A stretch of 64,000 nt of DNA, taken from assembly GCF_006345805.1 (NCBI RefSeq), contig NC_042999.1:157480001-157544000 (forward strand), in the 5' to 3' direction. The translations under genes were made by a program, and so were the position numbers. Of this stretch, positions 63,480 through 64,000 are shown in pieces. How positions within the stretch are numbered: the first letter of the stretch is position 1; each line of letters opens with the position of its first letter. The notes under the pieces are model-generated. The model was not told the DNA's origin and made no database searches. It saw only the letters and a list, made by a program, of their open reading frames with translations. Source of the DNA: Octopus sinensis. Taxonomy: Eukaryota.

Positions 63480-63775
63480 GACTTTTACCCAAATTGACTT
63501 AGTAATAGCAGATTGATAAGACCAGACTAGTGTCGAGCTGGAAGCTGTTAGCAAAACAGATGTTGCAACACCCTTTCTTCAGTTTCAATGTCTTTGTATA
63601 CCTTTTGGTCTTGAACATTCCAGTGTTTCTTAGACACTACCCTATGGGATCTACTCTATGAGTTTGCTTATATTGACATTTTATGAGTGGCAAGTTCCAT
63701 GGAAGACAAACATGAACAACACCTCAAAATTTTGTTTGAATGTTCATGAGACTATGGGATTGTTACTAACTCTCA
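63480..63775 (+). mobile_element. Decayed Gypsy RT fragment
   Basis: KTDVATPF, IPFGL, FAYIDI, HLKILF. Confidence 0.65.
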
Positions 63776-63780
63776 TATGT

Positions 63781-64000
63781 ATCATCATCATCGTTTAACG
63801 TCCGCTTTCCATGCTAGCATGGGTTGGACGGTTCAACTGGGGTCTGTGAAGCCAGAAGGCTGCACCAGGCTCCAGTCTGATCTGGCAGTGTTTCTACGGC
63901 TGGATGCCCTTCCTAACGCCAACCACTCTGTGAGTGTAGTGGGTGCTTTTTACGTGCCACCGGCATGGAGGCCAGGCGAGGCTGGCAAACGGCCACGATC
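63781..64000 (-). mobile_element. RTE LINE 3' tail copy (runs off the right edge)
   Basis: Family match. Confidence 0.85.

Overview
AT-rich, repeat-dense animal genomic DNA. The repeat families and microsatellite load suggest an octopus or other coleoid cephalopod (inference only). Two protein-coding genes sit head-to-head. On the minus strand is the 5' half of a Hippo/MST (STK3/4) kinase: four firm exons at 14187-14264, 10816-10996, 8816-8878 and 3500-3664, plus a candidate 8-nt start exon at 39055-39062; the gene runs off the left edge. On the plus strand is a complete 3-exon MRPL53 (125 aa, 45047-52121). A third gene may start at about 62351. The rest is mostly transposable elements: RTE and CR1-group LINEs, four tRNA-SINE families, Penelope-like GIY-YIG remnants, mariner/Tc1, hAT, Helitrons, GG-TIR/8-bp-TSD (Merlin-like) MITEs and Gypsy remnants, plus large TA-type satellites. 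The best leads are Penelope-type minimal hammerhead ribozyme motifs in STK3 introns (one inside a tRNA-derived SINE), a MITE foldback dimer with a single TSD, a decayed protein-like tandem array, and a chimeric RTE insertion that copied neighbouring DNA. All calls come from manual reading without database searches. TE boundaries are approximate unless a TSD is given.
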